Assembly: GCA_030650425.1 (NCBI GenBank)
Contig: JAUSED010000005.1
Coordinates: forward strand, 206,932-270,931
Length of the DNA stretch: 64,000 nucleotides
Source of the DNA: Candidatus Omnitrophota bacterium
GTDB taxonomy: Bacteria; Omnitrophota; Gorgyraeia; Gygaellales; Profunditerraquicolaceae
Direction of reading: 5' to 3'
The notes under the pieces: generated by a model
The model's database searches: none
Told to the model about the DNA's origin: nothing
The model's input: the letters and a program-made list of their open reading frames with translations, nothing else
Program-made: the position numbers and the translations under genes
Shown here: positions 9,247 through 18,253 of the stretch, piece by piece
Position numbering within the stretch: the stretch's first letter is position 1
Layout of the letters: each line of letters starts with the position of its first letter

Positions 9247-9532
9247 CGCGATTACGGTGATTTTACTTTTTATTATCGGTATCTATTGTATCTTGGTGAG
9301 CCATAATTTAATCCGCGTCTTAATCGGATTAGAGATCCTGATTAAGGCGGTTACGCTTTTAGTTATATTTTGCGGTTATCAAACCCAAAACACAGCTTTA
9401 GCCCAAGCGCTGGTGATTACTATTATTGTCATTGAAGTAGTAATGATGACTGTGGCAGCAGGGGTGGTGGTGGGTATCCATCGCCAGAATAATTCGCTGG
9501 ACGCGCGAAATATAAGAAAATTGAAAGGATAA
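9239..9532 (+). CDS. NuoK/MrpC-like subunit
   Basis: NLIRVLIGLEIL, C-terminal RKLKG; GTG start 9239 after SD. Confidence 0.8.
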   Translation: MANAITVILLFIIGIYCILVSHNLIRVLIGLEILIKAVTLLVIFCGYQTQNTALAQALVITIIVIEVVMMTVAAGVVVGIHRQNNSLDARNIRKLKG

Positions 9533-9538
9533 CCTCTA

Positions 9539-9871
9539 ATGGGGAATTTACTGGTTAGCCCGCCGGTTGTTTTTACCATAATCTTGGCCTTACTTTTTCT
9601 CTTAAACCGTTTATGCGCGGGAATAGCCTTTCATTCCGATAAGAATCAAGCGAGCTGTTGTAAATCTTACGCCTGCGGAGAGAATAATTTCAACAGCAAT
9701 GCCCAGCCGGATTACAGTCTTTTTTTTCCTTTCGCCTTTTTCTTTACCTTAGCGCATGTGGCCACCTTGATGATTACTACTATTCCTTTTATCGACGCCG
9801 GCGCGCTGATGATAGCGATGTTTTATATTATCAGTGGGATTATCGGGTTGTATATATTATTAAGGAAATAG
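9539..9871 (+). CDS. NuoA-like membrane subunit
   Basis: YACGE loop and 3 TM segments. Confidence 0.7.
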   Translation: MGNLLVSPPVVFTIILALLFLLNRLCAGIAFHSDKNQASCCKSYACGENNFNSNAQPDYSLFFPFAFFFTLAHVATLMITTIPFIDAGALMIAMFYIISGIIGLYILLRK

Positions 9872-9891
9872 AAAAAGGTGACAGATAGAAT

Positions 9892-10341
9892 ATGATGAAT
9901 TTAACTAAAAAGATAATTACTTGGGCGAGAATCAAATCTCCATGGATCTTACACTTTAATACCGGGGCTTGCAATGCCTGCGACATTGAAATTATTGCCG
10001 CCTTAACGCCGCGCTATGACTTGGAGCGTTTCGGGGTTTTACTCAAAGGCTCGCCGCGCCACGCGGATGTATTGGTTTGTTCCGGGCCGGTGACTAAGCA
10101 GATAGAAGAGAGGTTATGCCGGATTTATGAACAGATGCCTGAGCCGAAATTTGTGGTGGCTGTCGGCGCCTGCGCCTGTTCCGGAGGAGTGAATAAAGGT
10201 TGTTATAATGTTGCCGAGGGGATAGATAAGGTTATTCCTGTTTCAGCGTATATCCCGGGTTGCCCGGCCAGCCCTAAGGCGATTATCGATGGCGTGGTTA
10301 AGCTTTTAGCCAGCCTTGAAGAGAAAGAAGCTAAAAAATAG
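9892..10341 (+). CDS. Group 4 hydrogenase small subunit (NuoB-like)
   Basis: CNACDIE, GSPRHAD, GACACSGG, PGCP. Confidence 0.9.
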   Translation: MMNLTKKIITWARIKSPWILHFNTGACNACDIEIIAALTPRYDLERFGVLLKGSPRHADVLVCSGPVTKQIEERLCRIYEQMPEPKFVVAVGACACSGGVNKGCYNVAEGIDKVIPVSAYIPGCPASPKAIIDGVVKLLASLEEKEAKK

Positions 10342-10353
10342 CGGGAGGTAACG

Positions 10354-10833
10354 ATGTCCCAAGAAGAAAAAATCAAAGAAAACCTAATCAGTAAATTCAG
10401 CTATCTTGATAATTCTATCAACTTAGTCCGGCCGCGGCGCATCTCTATTGAGGTCGGTTTGGATAATTTTTTAGCGGTCTTCGCGTATTTAGCTAAGGAT
10501 ATGCAATTTTCGCATCTATGCACGATCACCGGTTTAGATGAGCAGGAAAGATTGGGATTCATTTATCATTTGGCCGGCGCAGGCGGAGTGATGATAAATT
10601 TAAAGACCAGCGTGCCAAAAGCGAAGCCTTTGATTAAAAGTGTTACGGCTTATTTTCCCGGAGCTGAAATTTATGAAAGGGAATTGGTGGATTTATTCGG
10701 GGCAAAGGTTGAAGGCCTTCCACCCGGGCATCGTTATCCTCTGACTGATGATTGGCCTGCTGGCCAGCATCCTTTGAGAAAAGATTGGAGACCCAATCCT
10801 GATATAGGAAAGGAGGCGGGTAAAGATGCATAA
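10354..10833 (+). CDS. NuoC-like subunit
   Basis: YERELVDLFG, HPLRKD. Confidence 0.9.
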   Translation: MSQEEKIKENLISKFSYLDNSINLVRPRRISIEVGLDNFLAVFAYLAKDMQFSHLCTITGLDEQERLGFIYHLAGAGGVMINLKTSVPKAKPLIKSVTAYFPGAEIYERELVDLFGAKVEGLPPGHRYPLTDDWPAGQHPLRKDWRPNPDIGKEAGKDA

Positions 10834-12061
10834 TTCAGAAGAGTTTAGGATTCCTATCGGTCCGCAGCATCCGGCATTAAAAGAGCCGGAGGGTTTTAGC
10901 GTAGCTCTTAAAGGCGAAAAAATCTTAGGCGTAGATATCCGTTTAGGTTACAATCACCGCGGGATAGAAAAAGCTGCTGAAGAGAGAAGCTATATACAGG
11001 ACATCTATCTTATTGAACGCGTCTGCGGCATATGTTCGCATTCGCACTCTACTTGTTTTGTTCAGACAGTTGAGGAGATTGCCGGTTTAACCGTTCCGGC
11101 CAGAGCGCTTTATATCCGCACGATTATCGCGGAATTAGAGAGGGTGCACAGCCATCTTTTGTGGCTGGGTGTAGCCGGACATGAAATTGGTTTTGATACT
11201 TTACTCATGTATTCCTGGCGGGATAGAGAAGTGGTGATGGATATTTTGGCGCTGGTTACCGGGAACAGGGTAAACTATGGTATGAATACTATTGGCGGAG
11301 TGCGCCGGGATATCAGCCTCCAACAGGCCCAAGAGATACTCAAAGCCATGGATATCTTGGAGGAGAGGACAAAATATTATATTGAAGTTGCTACCAACGA
11401 GACGACTATAATTAAAAGATTGTCAGGGGTAGGGGTTTTATCCCGCGAAGATGTTTTACTACTGGATGCGGTTGGGCCGACTGCCCGCGCCTCCGGGGTT
11501 AAGCGCGATGTGCGGGTTGATGATCCCTATGCCGCCTATGGGGAGCTCACCTTTAACGTGATTACCGATGATCATTGCGATGTTTACGGCAGGACAGTGG
11601 TCCGGGTTAAAGAACTTTTGGAATCCTACAAAATAATCCGGCAGGCGCTTAAGAATTTACCCGCTGGACCGATAGCGATCAGGGCTCCGCGCAAGATTCC
11701 GGCGGGTGAGGCCTTAGGCCGTTACGAAGCTCCACGCGGCGAAGATGTGCATTATGTCAAATCCAATGGCACTGAGAAGCCGGAGAGGGTTAAAATCAGG
11801 GCGCCTACTTTAGCCAATGTTCAGGCGGTAAAGCATATGCTGCGCGACAGGTTTTTAGCGGATATGCCGATAGTCGTCGCGGCGATTGATCCTTGTTTTT
11901 CCTGTACTGACCGTATGGTTAGATTAGCAGAGCAGGGGAGCGATAAATCCAAGATAATCAGTTGGCCTAGCCTGCACGCTTATAGTATAGAATGGCATAA
12001 AAAGCAGGGTATAGATTTTAGCGAACTTAATAAGAAGCTGGCAGCGAGGTTAGCGAGATAA
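10826..12061 (+). CDS. Group 4 [NiFe]-hydrogenase large subunit
   Basis: L1 RVCGIC and L2 DPCFSCTDR, all four Cys present; C-terminal extension. Confidence 0.9.
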   Translation: MHNSEEFRIPIGPQHPALKEPEGFSVALKGEKILGVDIRLGYNHRGIEKAAEERSYIQDIYLIERVCGICSHSHSTCFVQTVEEIAGLTVPARALYIRTIIAELERVHSHLLWLGVAGHEIGFDTLLMYSWRDREVVMDILALVTGNRVNYGMNTIGGVRRDISLQQAQEILKAMDILEERTKYYIEVATNETTIIKRLSGVGVLSREDVLLLDAVGPTARASGVKRDVRVDDPYAAYGELTFNVITDDHCDVYGRTVVRVKELLESYKIIRQALKNLPAGPIAIRAPRKIPAGEALGRYEAPRGEDVHYVKSNGTEKPERVKIRAPTLANVQAVKHMLRDRFLADMPIVVAAIDPCFSCTDRMVRLAEQGSDKSKIISWPSLHAYSIEWHKKQGIDFSELNKKLAARLAR

Positions 12062-12063
12062 TT

Positions 12064-13005
12064 ATGTTAGGGGAGCTTTTTTACATATTTATATTTCCGG
12101 GATTTATTTTCCTGATTATTTTTAGCTTGACCGCGGAATTTATCGACCGCAAGATTTACGCCCGGCTGCAGAATAGGGTTGGGCCTCCCTGGTTTCAACC
12201 TTGGGCTGATTTTATCAAGTTGTTAGCTAAGGAAGATATTGTTCCGGCCGAATCTAATCCAAAGATGTTTAAGGTAGCTCCGATATTTGCCTTGGCCGCG
12301 GCAATAAGCGCGTTTCTTTATATCCCTCTCTGGAAGACGGACGCGTTATTTTCTTTTAATGGCGATTTGATCGTCGTCCTTTATCTGTTGACCCTGCCTA
12401 CACTAGCGTTTTTTATCGGAGGTTGGTATTCTACTTCGCTCTATTCCCGGATCGGTTCGGTGCGTTGTATGACTCAACTCTTTGCTTATGAAGTCCCTCT
12501 TTTTATGGGCATTCTTTCTTCGGCCTTATTGGCGGATAGCTGGTCATTAAAAGGAATCGCGGTTTTTTATATGGCTCATCCCTGGTTTTGGCTATTTAAC
12601 TTGGCCGGCTTTAGCGTATCTCTAATCAGTTTGTTGGGTAAACTGGAGAAAGTTCCTTTTGATATTCCTGAGGCAGAGACAGAAGTAGTTGCCGGAGCGT
12701 TTACCGAATATAGCGGCAGGATGCTCGCTTTTTTAAGGATGACCTTAGACATAGAATTGGTTACCGGAAGCGCGCTTTTAGCTTTAGTCTTCTTTCCTTT
12801 TGCTCTTAATGTTCATCCGGCTCTGGGGTTCGTAATTTTTATGATCAAAATTCTCTTTATCGTAAGTTTAATCGCGTTGCTGCGCACGGTGGTCGCCCGC
12901 TTGCGCATCGACCAGATGATTGATTTCTGCTGGAAATTCCTGGTTCCGCTTGCTGCCACGCAACTTTTACTAAATCTTATGTTGAAAGGAATGTTTTTAA
13001 GATGA
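12064..13005 (+). CDS. NuoH-like membrane subunit
   Basis: ARLQNRVGPP, PFDIPEAETE. Confidence 0.9.
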   Translation: MLGELFYIFIFPGFIFLIIFSLTAEFIDRKIYARLQNRVGPPWFQPWADFIKLLAKEDIVPAESNPKMFKVAPIFALAAAISAFLYIPLWKTDALFSFNGDLIVVLYLLTLPTLAFFIGGWYSTSLYSRIGSVRCMTQLFAYEVPLFMGILSSALLADSWSLKGIAVFYMAHPWFWLFNLAGFSVSLISLLGKLEKVPFDIPEAETEVVAGAFTEYSGRMLAFLRMTLDIELVTGSALLALVFFPFALNVHPALGFVIFMIKILFIVSLIALLRTVVARLRIDQMIDFCWKFLVPLAATQLLLNLMLKGMFLR

Positions 13006-13367
13006 GGCCGGGAAAGATGTTAAGAGAGGTGCTCGGGTCTATTTTTAAGAAACCGGCCACGAATTTATACCCGGCGCAAAAATTAGAGATGCCGGATAAA
13101 TTCCGCGGCAAACTTAAATTTTATCCTGAGAAATGTATCGGTTGCAAGATGTGCATGCGCGACTGCCCGACTAACGCCATCACTATCAATAAAATCGCTG
13201 AAAATAAGTTTGAGGCGGTTTTTGATTTAAGCCGCTGTATATATTGCGCGCAGTGCGTGGATTCCTGTCCCAAGAAGGCGCTGGAACCGACTAAAGATGT
13301 AGAGCTGGCCCAGTTGGATAAGAATAAACTGCGAGTGGTTTTTTCATATAAAGAAAAGAGCAGGTAA
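13002..13367 (+). CDS. NuoI-like 2x[4Fe-4S] subunit
   Basis: Two CxxCxxCxxxCP motifs. Confidence 0.9.
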   Translation: MRPGKMLREVLGSIFKKPATNLYPAQKLEMPDKFRGKLKFYPEKCIGCKMCMRDCPTNAITINKIAENKFEAVFDLSRCIYCAQCVDSCPKKALEPTKDVELAQLDKNKLRVVFSYKEKSR

Positions 13368-13376
13368 AATAAAGAA

Positions 13377-13451
13377 GTCATTGCGAGGCGAAGCCGAAGC
13401 AATCCCTGGGAAAACGAGATTGCTTCGCCACTGCGTGGCTCGCAATCAGAC
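13377..13451. repeat. Family C palindromic element, intergenic
   Basis: gtcattgcgag...gaagcaatc...gattgcttcg...ctcgcaat. Confidence 0.85.
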
Positions 13452-13496
13452 GGGCGGAATTAATTAATGAACTACTCAAGTTTGTTACATAACGAT

Positions 13497-14063
13497 ATGA
13501 CAGGATTACTCGCTAAGCTCGGAGATTTAGGCGTTTTTATAGCCATGTTCCTGGAGTCATGCATCGCGCCTATACCTTCGGAAGTAATCATCATCAGCGC
13601 CGGCGCAATCGGGTTCCCTTTAGCTTCAGTGGTTATTTTTGGTTCGTTAGGCTCGACTTTGGGGGCAATGGTGGGATACGCGTTAGGAAGATATGCCGCT
13701 ATGCCGGTATTATTGAAATTCGGCAGGTTCATTCTGATTAAACCGCACCATATTTATAAAGCGGAAGAATTCGCCAAAAAATACGGGGTGGCCAGCGTCT
13801 TTATTGGGAGGGTCCTTCCGATAATTCCCTTTAAGGTTTTTTCGATTGCCGCGGGGATTACCCATATTCCGTTTACGCCGTTTGTATTCTGCACCCTGCT
13901 TGGTGTTGTGCCGAGAATATTCCTCTTGGCTCTTTTTGGCGCGGCGATCGTCAAATATACAAAGGTAGTCTTTATTTTAATAATTTTTGCCGTACTGATA
14001 TTTTTGGCGCATAGGATATTACGTTATATTTATGGTGTAGGAAAGCATAAAACACTTTCCTAA
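13497..14063 (+). CDS. DedA family membrane protein
   Basis: MFLES..PIPSE, GYALGR, FIGRVLP; start may be 13467 or 13497. Confidence 0.9.
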   Translation: MTGLLAKLGDLGVFIAMFLESCIAPIPSEVIIISAGAIGFPLASVVIFGSLGSTLGAMVGYALGRYAAMPVLLKFGRFILIKPHHIYKAEEFAKKYGVASVFIGRVLPIIPFKVFSIAAGITHIPFTPFVFCTLLGVVPRIFLLALFGAAIVKYTKVVFILIIFAVLIFLAHRILRYIYGVGKHKTLS

Positions 14064-14068
14064 CCACT

Positions 14069-14119
14069 GAAACTTCATAAGGAAAGTTTTGAATCCCGCC
14101 TTTAGCGGGATGAAGTTTC
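14069..14119. other. Intergenic nested hairpin
   Basis: gaaacttcat/atgaagtttc enclosing atcccgc-cttta-gcgggat. Confidence 0.5.
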
Positions 14120-14158
14120 TTGAGCGAAGAAAGAAAATAATATTAAGGGAGGTTCCCA

Positions 14159-14776
14159 ATGACTATCTGGCAGATGCTTAAAAGCGGCGGCCTAACCATT
14201 TATATACTTTTAGCCTGTTCGGTTCTATCGCTGGCCATCATTATCGAGAGGTATATTTATTATCGCCGAAGGTCCAGGGCCAAGAGGGCGCCTTTCATGT
14301 CCAAGATAAGTAAGGATTTGGAGAAAGGGAATCTGGTAAAAGCTTTGGATGCCTGTAAAAATATAGATACTCCATTTTCCAATGTCGTCTATTCAGGCCT
14401 TAATTTATCCGGGCACAACGAGATGCTCATCTCCAATACTATGGAGCGGGAAATAAGCATTGAGACGATCAAATTAGAAAAATATACGAGTATCGTAGGC
14501 ACAATCGGAAGCACCGCTGTCTATATCGGCCTCTTCGGGACGGTCTTGGGAATTATCCGCGCCTTTCACGATATTGCCGCGGCCGGCTCCGGAGGGATAA
14601 GTGTGGTAATTAGCGGCATATCCGAATCACTGGCTTGTACAGCTATGGGTTTATGCGTGGCTGTTCCGGCGGTGATTGCCTATAATTATTTTATCAAGAA
14701 GATCGATAATTTTATTACCGATATGGAATTGTGCGCTTCCGAGACAATGGATCTGTTGACTGTTAAGCAGAAATGA
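14159..14776 (+). CDS. exbB: MotA/TolQ/ExbB proton channel
   Basis: IGLFGTVLGIIRAF, GISESL..TAMGL.VAVPA. Confidence 0.85.
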   Translation: MTIWQMLKSGGLTIYILLACSVLSLAIIIERYIYYRRRSRAKRAPFMSKISKDLEKGNLVKALDACKNIDTPFSNVVYSGLNLSGHNEMLISNTMEREISIETIKLEKYTSIVGTIGSTAVYIGLFGTVLGIIRAFHDIAAAGSGGISVVISGISESLACTAMGLCVAVPAVIAYNYFIKKIDNFITDMELCASETMDLLTVKQK

Positions 14777-15180
14777 ATCTACGCGCCCACAAACAAAGAT
14801 TAATTGCTGAAATAAATATTACCCCTTTTACCGACGTCATTTTGGTTTTATTGATTATCTTTATGATCACGACGCCTTTAATACTTCAATCAAGCCTTAA
14901 GGTAAACCTGCCGCGGGCTGAGAGCGCTTCCGCGGTAAAAGAGATGGGGCCGGTTAATATCATCATCACCAATGAAGGCACCGTATATCTGGACGGAGCG
15001 ATGGTTACCCGTAGAGAACTAAGAGAAAGGATTAATAGCAGGCATAGGAATGATCCGAACTTAGCCGTGGTTGTAAGTTCCGACAGGCTCGTTCGTTTTA
15101 AGGATATCGTGGATATCCTGGATATTTTAAATACAGTAGGTATAAAAAATCTTAATATCGCGGCAACAAACGATAAATAG
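14773..15180 (+). CDS. exbD: ExbD/TolR biopolymer transport protein
   Basis: EINITPFTDVILVLLIIFM. Confidence 0.88.
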   Translation: MNLRAHKQRLIAEINITPFTDVILVLLIIFMITTPLILQSSLKVNLPRAESASAVKEMGPVNIIITNEGTVYLDGAMVTRRELRERINSRHRNDPNLAVVVSSDRLVRFKDIVDILDILNTVGIKNLNIAATNDK

Positions 15181-15198
15181 GAAAGGAGAACTTGTAAA

Positions 15199-17481
15199 AT
15201 GTTAGGTTTAATGAACGCGAGTGTTTTCGAGACGTTTGCGATTTGGGGAGTGCTTCTAATTGCTTTTCTGGGGTTAGCTTATGCTTTGTTATTGCGTAAA
15301 CAGATTATGGCGCATGATAAAGGTACGCAAGGTATGCAGGATGTCTGGAATGCCATCCGCACAGGAGCGGATGCTTACTTAAGCCGCCAGTTAAAAAGCA
15401 TACTGCCTTTAATTTTAGTACTTACCGCTGTTTTATTTTTCTCGGTCTATATTATCCCGCCTAGCGATGAGGCATTAAGGCGTTTTAGCAAATTTACTCC
15501 GGATATGGTCCGGCTGATCGTCGGTTTGGGAAGGGCCGCGGCATTCGTGATGGGCGCTTTCTTTTCGCTTACCGTGGGCCAGTTTGGGATGCGTATGGCG
15601 GTTGAGGGTAATGTGCGGGTTGCCTCTGCCTCCCGCAGGAGTTTTAGCGAGGCGTTAAAAATAGCCTACCGGACCGGGACGATTACCGGAATGCTTACTG
15701 ACGGCCTTGGGCTTTTAGGCGGGACAGTCATCTTTATTATTTTCGGTATAGCTTCGCCCGACGTATTACTAGGGTTTGGTTTTGGCGGGACGCTCCTGGC
15801 GCTCTTTATGCGTGTCGGCGGCGGCATCTACACTAAGGCAGCGGACGTCGGCGCGGATTTAGTCGGGAAAGTAGAGAAAAATATTCCTGAAGATGATCCA
15901 AGAAACGCCGCGGTGATCGCTGATCTTGTGGGAGATAATGTCGGCGATTGCGCGGGTATGGCCGCGGATATATTTGAGTCATATGAGGTAACCATTGTTT
16001 CCGGCTTGATTTTAGGTTTAGCGCTGGTTTCCATTACCGGAGAGCTAAAATGGATCGTTTTCCCGCTTTTAGTGCGCGGTATCGGCGTGCTTTCTTCGAT
16101 TATCGGTACGTATCTGGTAAAAGGAAATAAGAAGGATGGCAAAGGGCAAGATGCCTTTAAGAGTATCAATCGCGGATTTTATTCATCTGCCGCAATTTCT
16201 GTGGCTGCATTTTTAATTTTAGCTCATTATTATATGCATGAATGGAGGGCCTTCTTTTCTGTGGCCATGGGTATAGTTTTGGCTATCGTGATTGACGAAA
16301 TAACCAAATACTTCACCCATACGCATCACGCGCCGGTCAAAGAAATCGCCTCTTCATCCCGGACGGGTGCCGCAACCTTGATTTTACGCGGCTTATCCAT
16401 CGGACTTGAATCCAGTGCTTGGCAGTTTGTGGTTATTGCGCTTACGATTATGGCTGCTGTTATTATCTATTGGGGCCAGCCCGTGGTTTTTGTCCTTTAT
16501 GGTGTAGCGATGACCGGCATCGGTATGCTTACCTTAACCGGTAATAATGTGGCGATGGATTCATTCGGCCCGATCGCGGATAATGCTAACGGTATTGGCG
16601 AAATGGCGCATTTAGAGCCAGAGGCCCGGCAGATTATGGCTGACCTTGACGCTGTAGGAAATACTACTAAAGCCATCACTAAAGGTGTAGCCATTGGTTC
16701 AGCAGTGATTGCCGCGGTTTCTTTGTTCGGCGCTTTTTTAACCGATGTTACCAAGGTGCAGGCGCAGATGGGGGTGGTAGAATCTTTACGGCTTCTATCT
16801 ACCGGTATCAGGGTTTCTGAGCCGATTGTTTTTGTCGGCGTGCTGATCGGAGCCGCGGTGCCTTGTTTATTTTCCAGCCTGATGATTAATTCCGTAGCCC
16901 GCGCGGCTGCCTTGATTGTGGATGAGGTACGTAGACAATTCCATACCCCGGGAGTGATGGAAGGGAAAGTCAAGCCAGACTATAAAAAGGCAGTGGATAT
17001 TTGTACGATAGCCGCGCAAAGAGAGCTTATTGGTTTGGCTTTGATTGCCGTATTAAGCCCGATTTTAATCGGTATGGTCTTGAGGGTTGAAGCTTTAGGC
17101 GGATTTTTGGCTGGCGTAATTGTTTCAGGCCAGCTTTTGGCAGTGTTTATGGCTACCGCAGGTGGAGCTTGGGATAATGCCAAGAAGACGATCGAAGATG
17201 GCTTATATGGGGGTAAAGGTTCTGAGGCGCATAAATCATCGGTTGTCGGCGATACAGTCGGTGATCCTCTCAAAGATACTTCCGGCCCGGCATTGAATCC
17301 GATGATTAAGGTAATTAATCTTGTTTCTCTTCTGGCCGCGCCTATAATTATTCACTATCGTCAAACTGATGTAGGTGTTATAATTGCAATTGTGCTCTGC
17401 GTAGTCTTGATATTCGGCGCGATCCTTTATTCAAAACACGGAGCCCTAAGTTTTAGAAAAAAGAGCGAAGCGGGTTTCTAG
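15199..17481 (+). CDS. hppA: Membrane H+-translocating pyrophosphatase, K+-independent type
   Basis: DVGADLVGKVE, DNVGD; GNTTKA (Lys marks the K+-independent class). Confidence 0.92.
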   Translation: MLGLMNASVFETFAIWGVLLIAFLGLAYALLLRKQIMAHDKGTQGMQDVWNAIRTGADAYLSRQLKSILPLILVLTAVLFFSVYIIPPSDEALRRFSKFTPDMVRLIVGLGRAAAFVMGAFFSLTVGQFGMRMAVEGNVRVASASRRSFSEALKIAYRTGTITGMLTDGLGLLGGTVIFIIFGIASPDVLLGFGFGGTLLALFMRVGGGIYTKAADVGADLVGKVEKNIPEDDPRNAAVIADLVGDNVGDCAGMAADIFESYEVTIVSGLILGLALVSITGELKWIVFPLLVRGIGVLSSIIGTYLVKGNKKDGKGQDAFKSINRGFYSSAAISVAAFLILAHYYMHEWRAFFSVAMGIVLAIVIDEITKYFTHTHHAPVKEIASSSRTGAATLILRGLSIGLESSAWQFVVIALTIMAAVIIYWGQPVVFVLYGVAMTGIGMLTLTGNNVAMDSFGPIADNANGIGEMAHLEPEARQIMADLDAVGNTTKAITKGVAIGSAVIAAVSLFGAFLTDVTKVQAQMGVVESLRLLSTGIRVSEPIVFVGVLIGAAVPCLFSSLMINSVARAAALIVDEVRRQFHTPGVMEGKVKPDYKKAVDICTIAAQRELIGLALIAVLSPILIGMVLRVEALGGFLAGVIVSGQLLAVFMATAGGAWDNAKKTIEDGLYGGKGSEAHKSSVVGDTVGDPLKDTSGPALNPMIKVINLVSLLAAPIIIHYRQTDVGVIIAIVLCVVLIFGAILYSKHGALSFRKKSEAGF

Positions 17482-17489
17482 TTTCCCTA

Positions 17490-17572
17490 GTAGGGGACAC
17501 TTTCCTTTAGTAGTTTAGTAAGAGCCCTGACGGAAAGTGTCCCCTAGTTGTGAGTTAGGAAAGTGTCCCCTG
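17490..17572. repeat. Family B hairpin (reverse orientation) plus an extra right arm
   Basis: gtaggggacactttcc...ggaaagtgtcccctag then ggaaagtgtcccctg. Confidence 0.9.
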
Positions 17573-17593
17573 AATGGTAGAGAGAAAATTTCC

Positions 17594-17622
17594 TTGCAAA
17601 AGCAAAACTTGAATGTTAAGCT
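17594..17622 (+). promoter_or_regulatory. Sigma70 promoter, probably leaderless
   Basis: TTGCAA-17-TAAGCT, 7 nt before ATG 17630. Confidence 0.5.
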
Positions 17623-17629
17623 GTGCTTA

Positions 17630-18253
17630 ATGAAGGCCCGCCTTTTACTAGCCCTATTTTTTTGCCTGCTTTTGCCAGTTCTAACTTTTGCCGCCCAAGC
17701 TTCTTCCTCAAGGCCTGCCAGGCTTAGGCAAGCTGTAATTCCCATAACCATAAATAATGGCGCCAATAATACTAATTCAACCACAGTAACCCTGAATCTC
17801 TCTGTGGATAACCTCTCAGGCCAGCCTCCTTTTCAGATGTCTTTTTCCAACAACAACTATCTCTGGTCAACCTTATTTCCCTTTAGCCCAAGCAAAACCT
17901 GGGAACTATCTCCTTTGGGAGATACTTCAGGAGACGCTAAGCTGGATATGGGAGATGCGATGCTCATTGCCCAATACCTGGCGCATATACGCTCTCTCAC
18001 CCCTGAGCAGATAGCTGTAGCTGATGCTAACCAGATCAAAGGAATTGATATAGGTGACGCTATGTTGATTGCCCAGCGCGTGAATAAGAAAAGAGTCCTG
18101 CCTATCGGCGAAGGAGCGCGCACGGTCTATGTTAAATTTAAGGATAGTCTCGGAAACTGGTCAGATATTTACTCTGCCGCGATTATCCTGGATACTCAAG
18201 GCCCAACTTTAGAGATCACCTCGCCTCAAGAAGGAGCAGTAATCAAAGAATGA
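17630..18253 (+). CDS. Secreted Ig-like protein with dockerin-like duplicated Ca-binding repeat
   Basis: Signal peptide MKARLLLALFF; GDTSGDAKLDMGDAMLIAQ / ADANQIKGIDIGDAMLIAQ. Confidence 0.75.
   Translation: MKARLLLALFFCLLLPVLTFAAQASSSRPARLRQAVIPITINNGANNTNSTTVTLNLSVDNLSGQPPFQMSFSNNNYLWSTLFPFSPSKTWELSPLGDTSGDAKLDMGDAMLIAQYLAHIRSLTPEQIAVADANQIKGIDIGDAMLIAQRVNKKRVLPIGEGARTVYVKFKDSLGNWSDIYSAAIILDTQGPTLEITSPQEGAVIKE

Noticed and set aside
4026-13367. Calling the operon NADH dehydrogenase (nuo) or Mbx
   Set aside because: No NuoEFG, and the large subunit keeps both CxxC Ni-binding motifs.
16497-16973. Long antisense ORFs (e.g. opposite hppA, ilvD)
   Set aside because: Shadows of conserved sense genes with no recognisable motifs.
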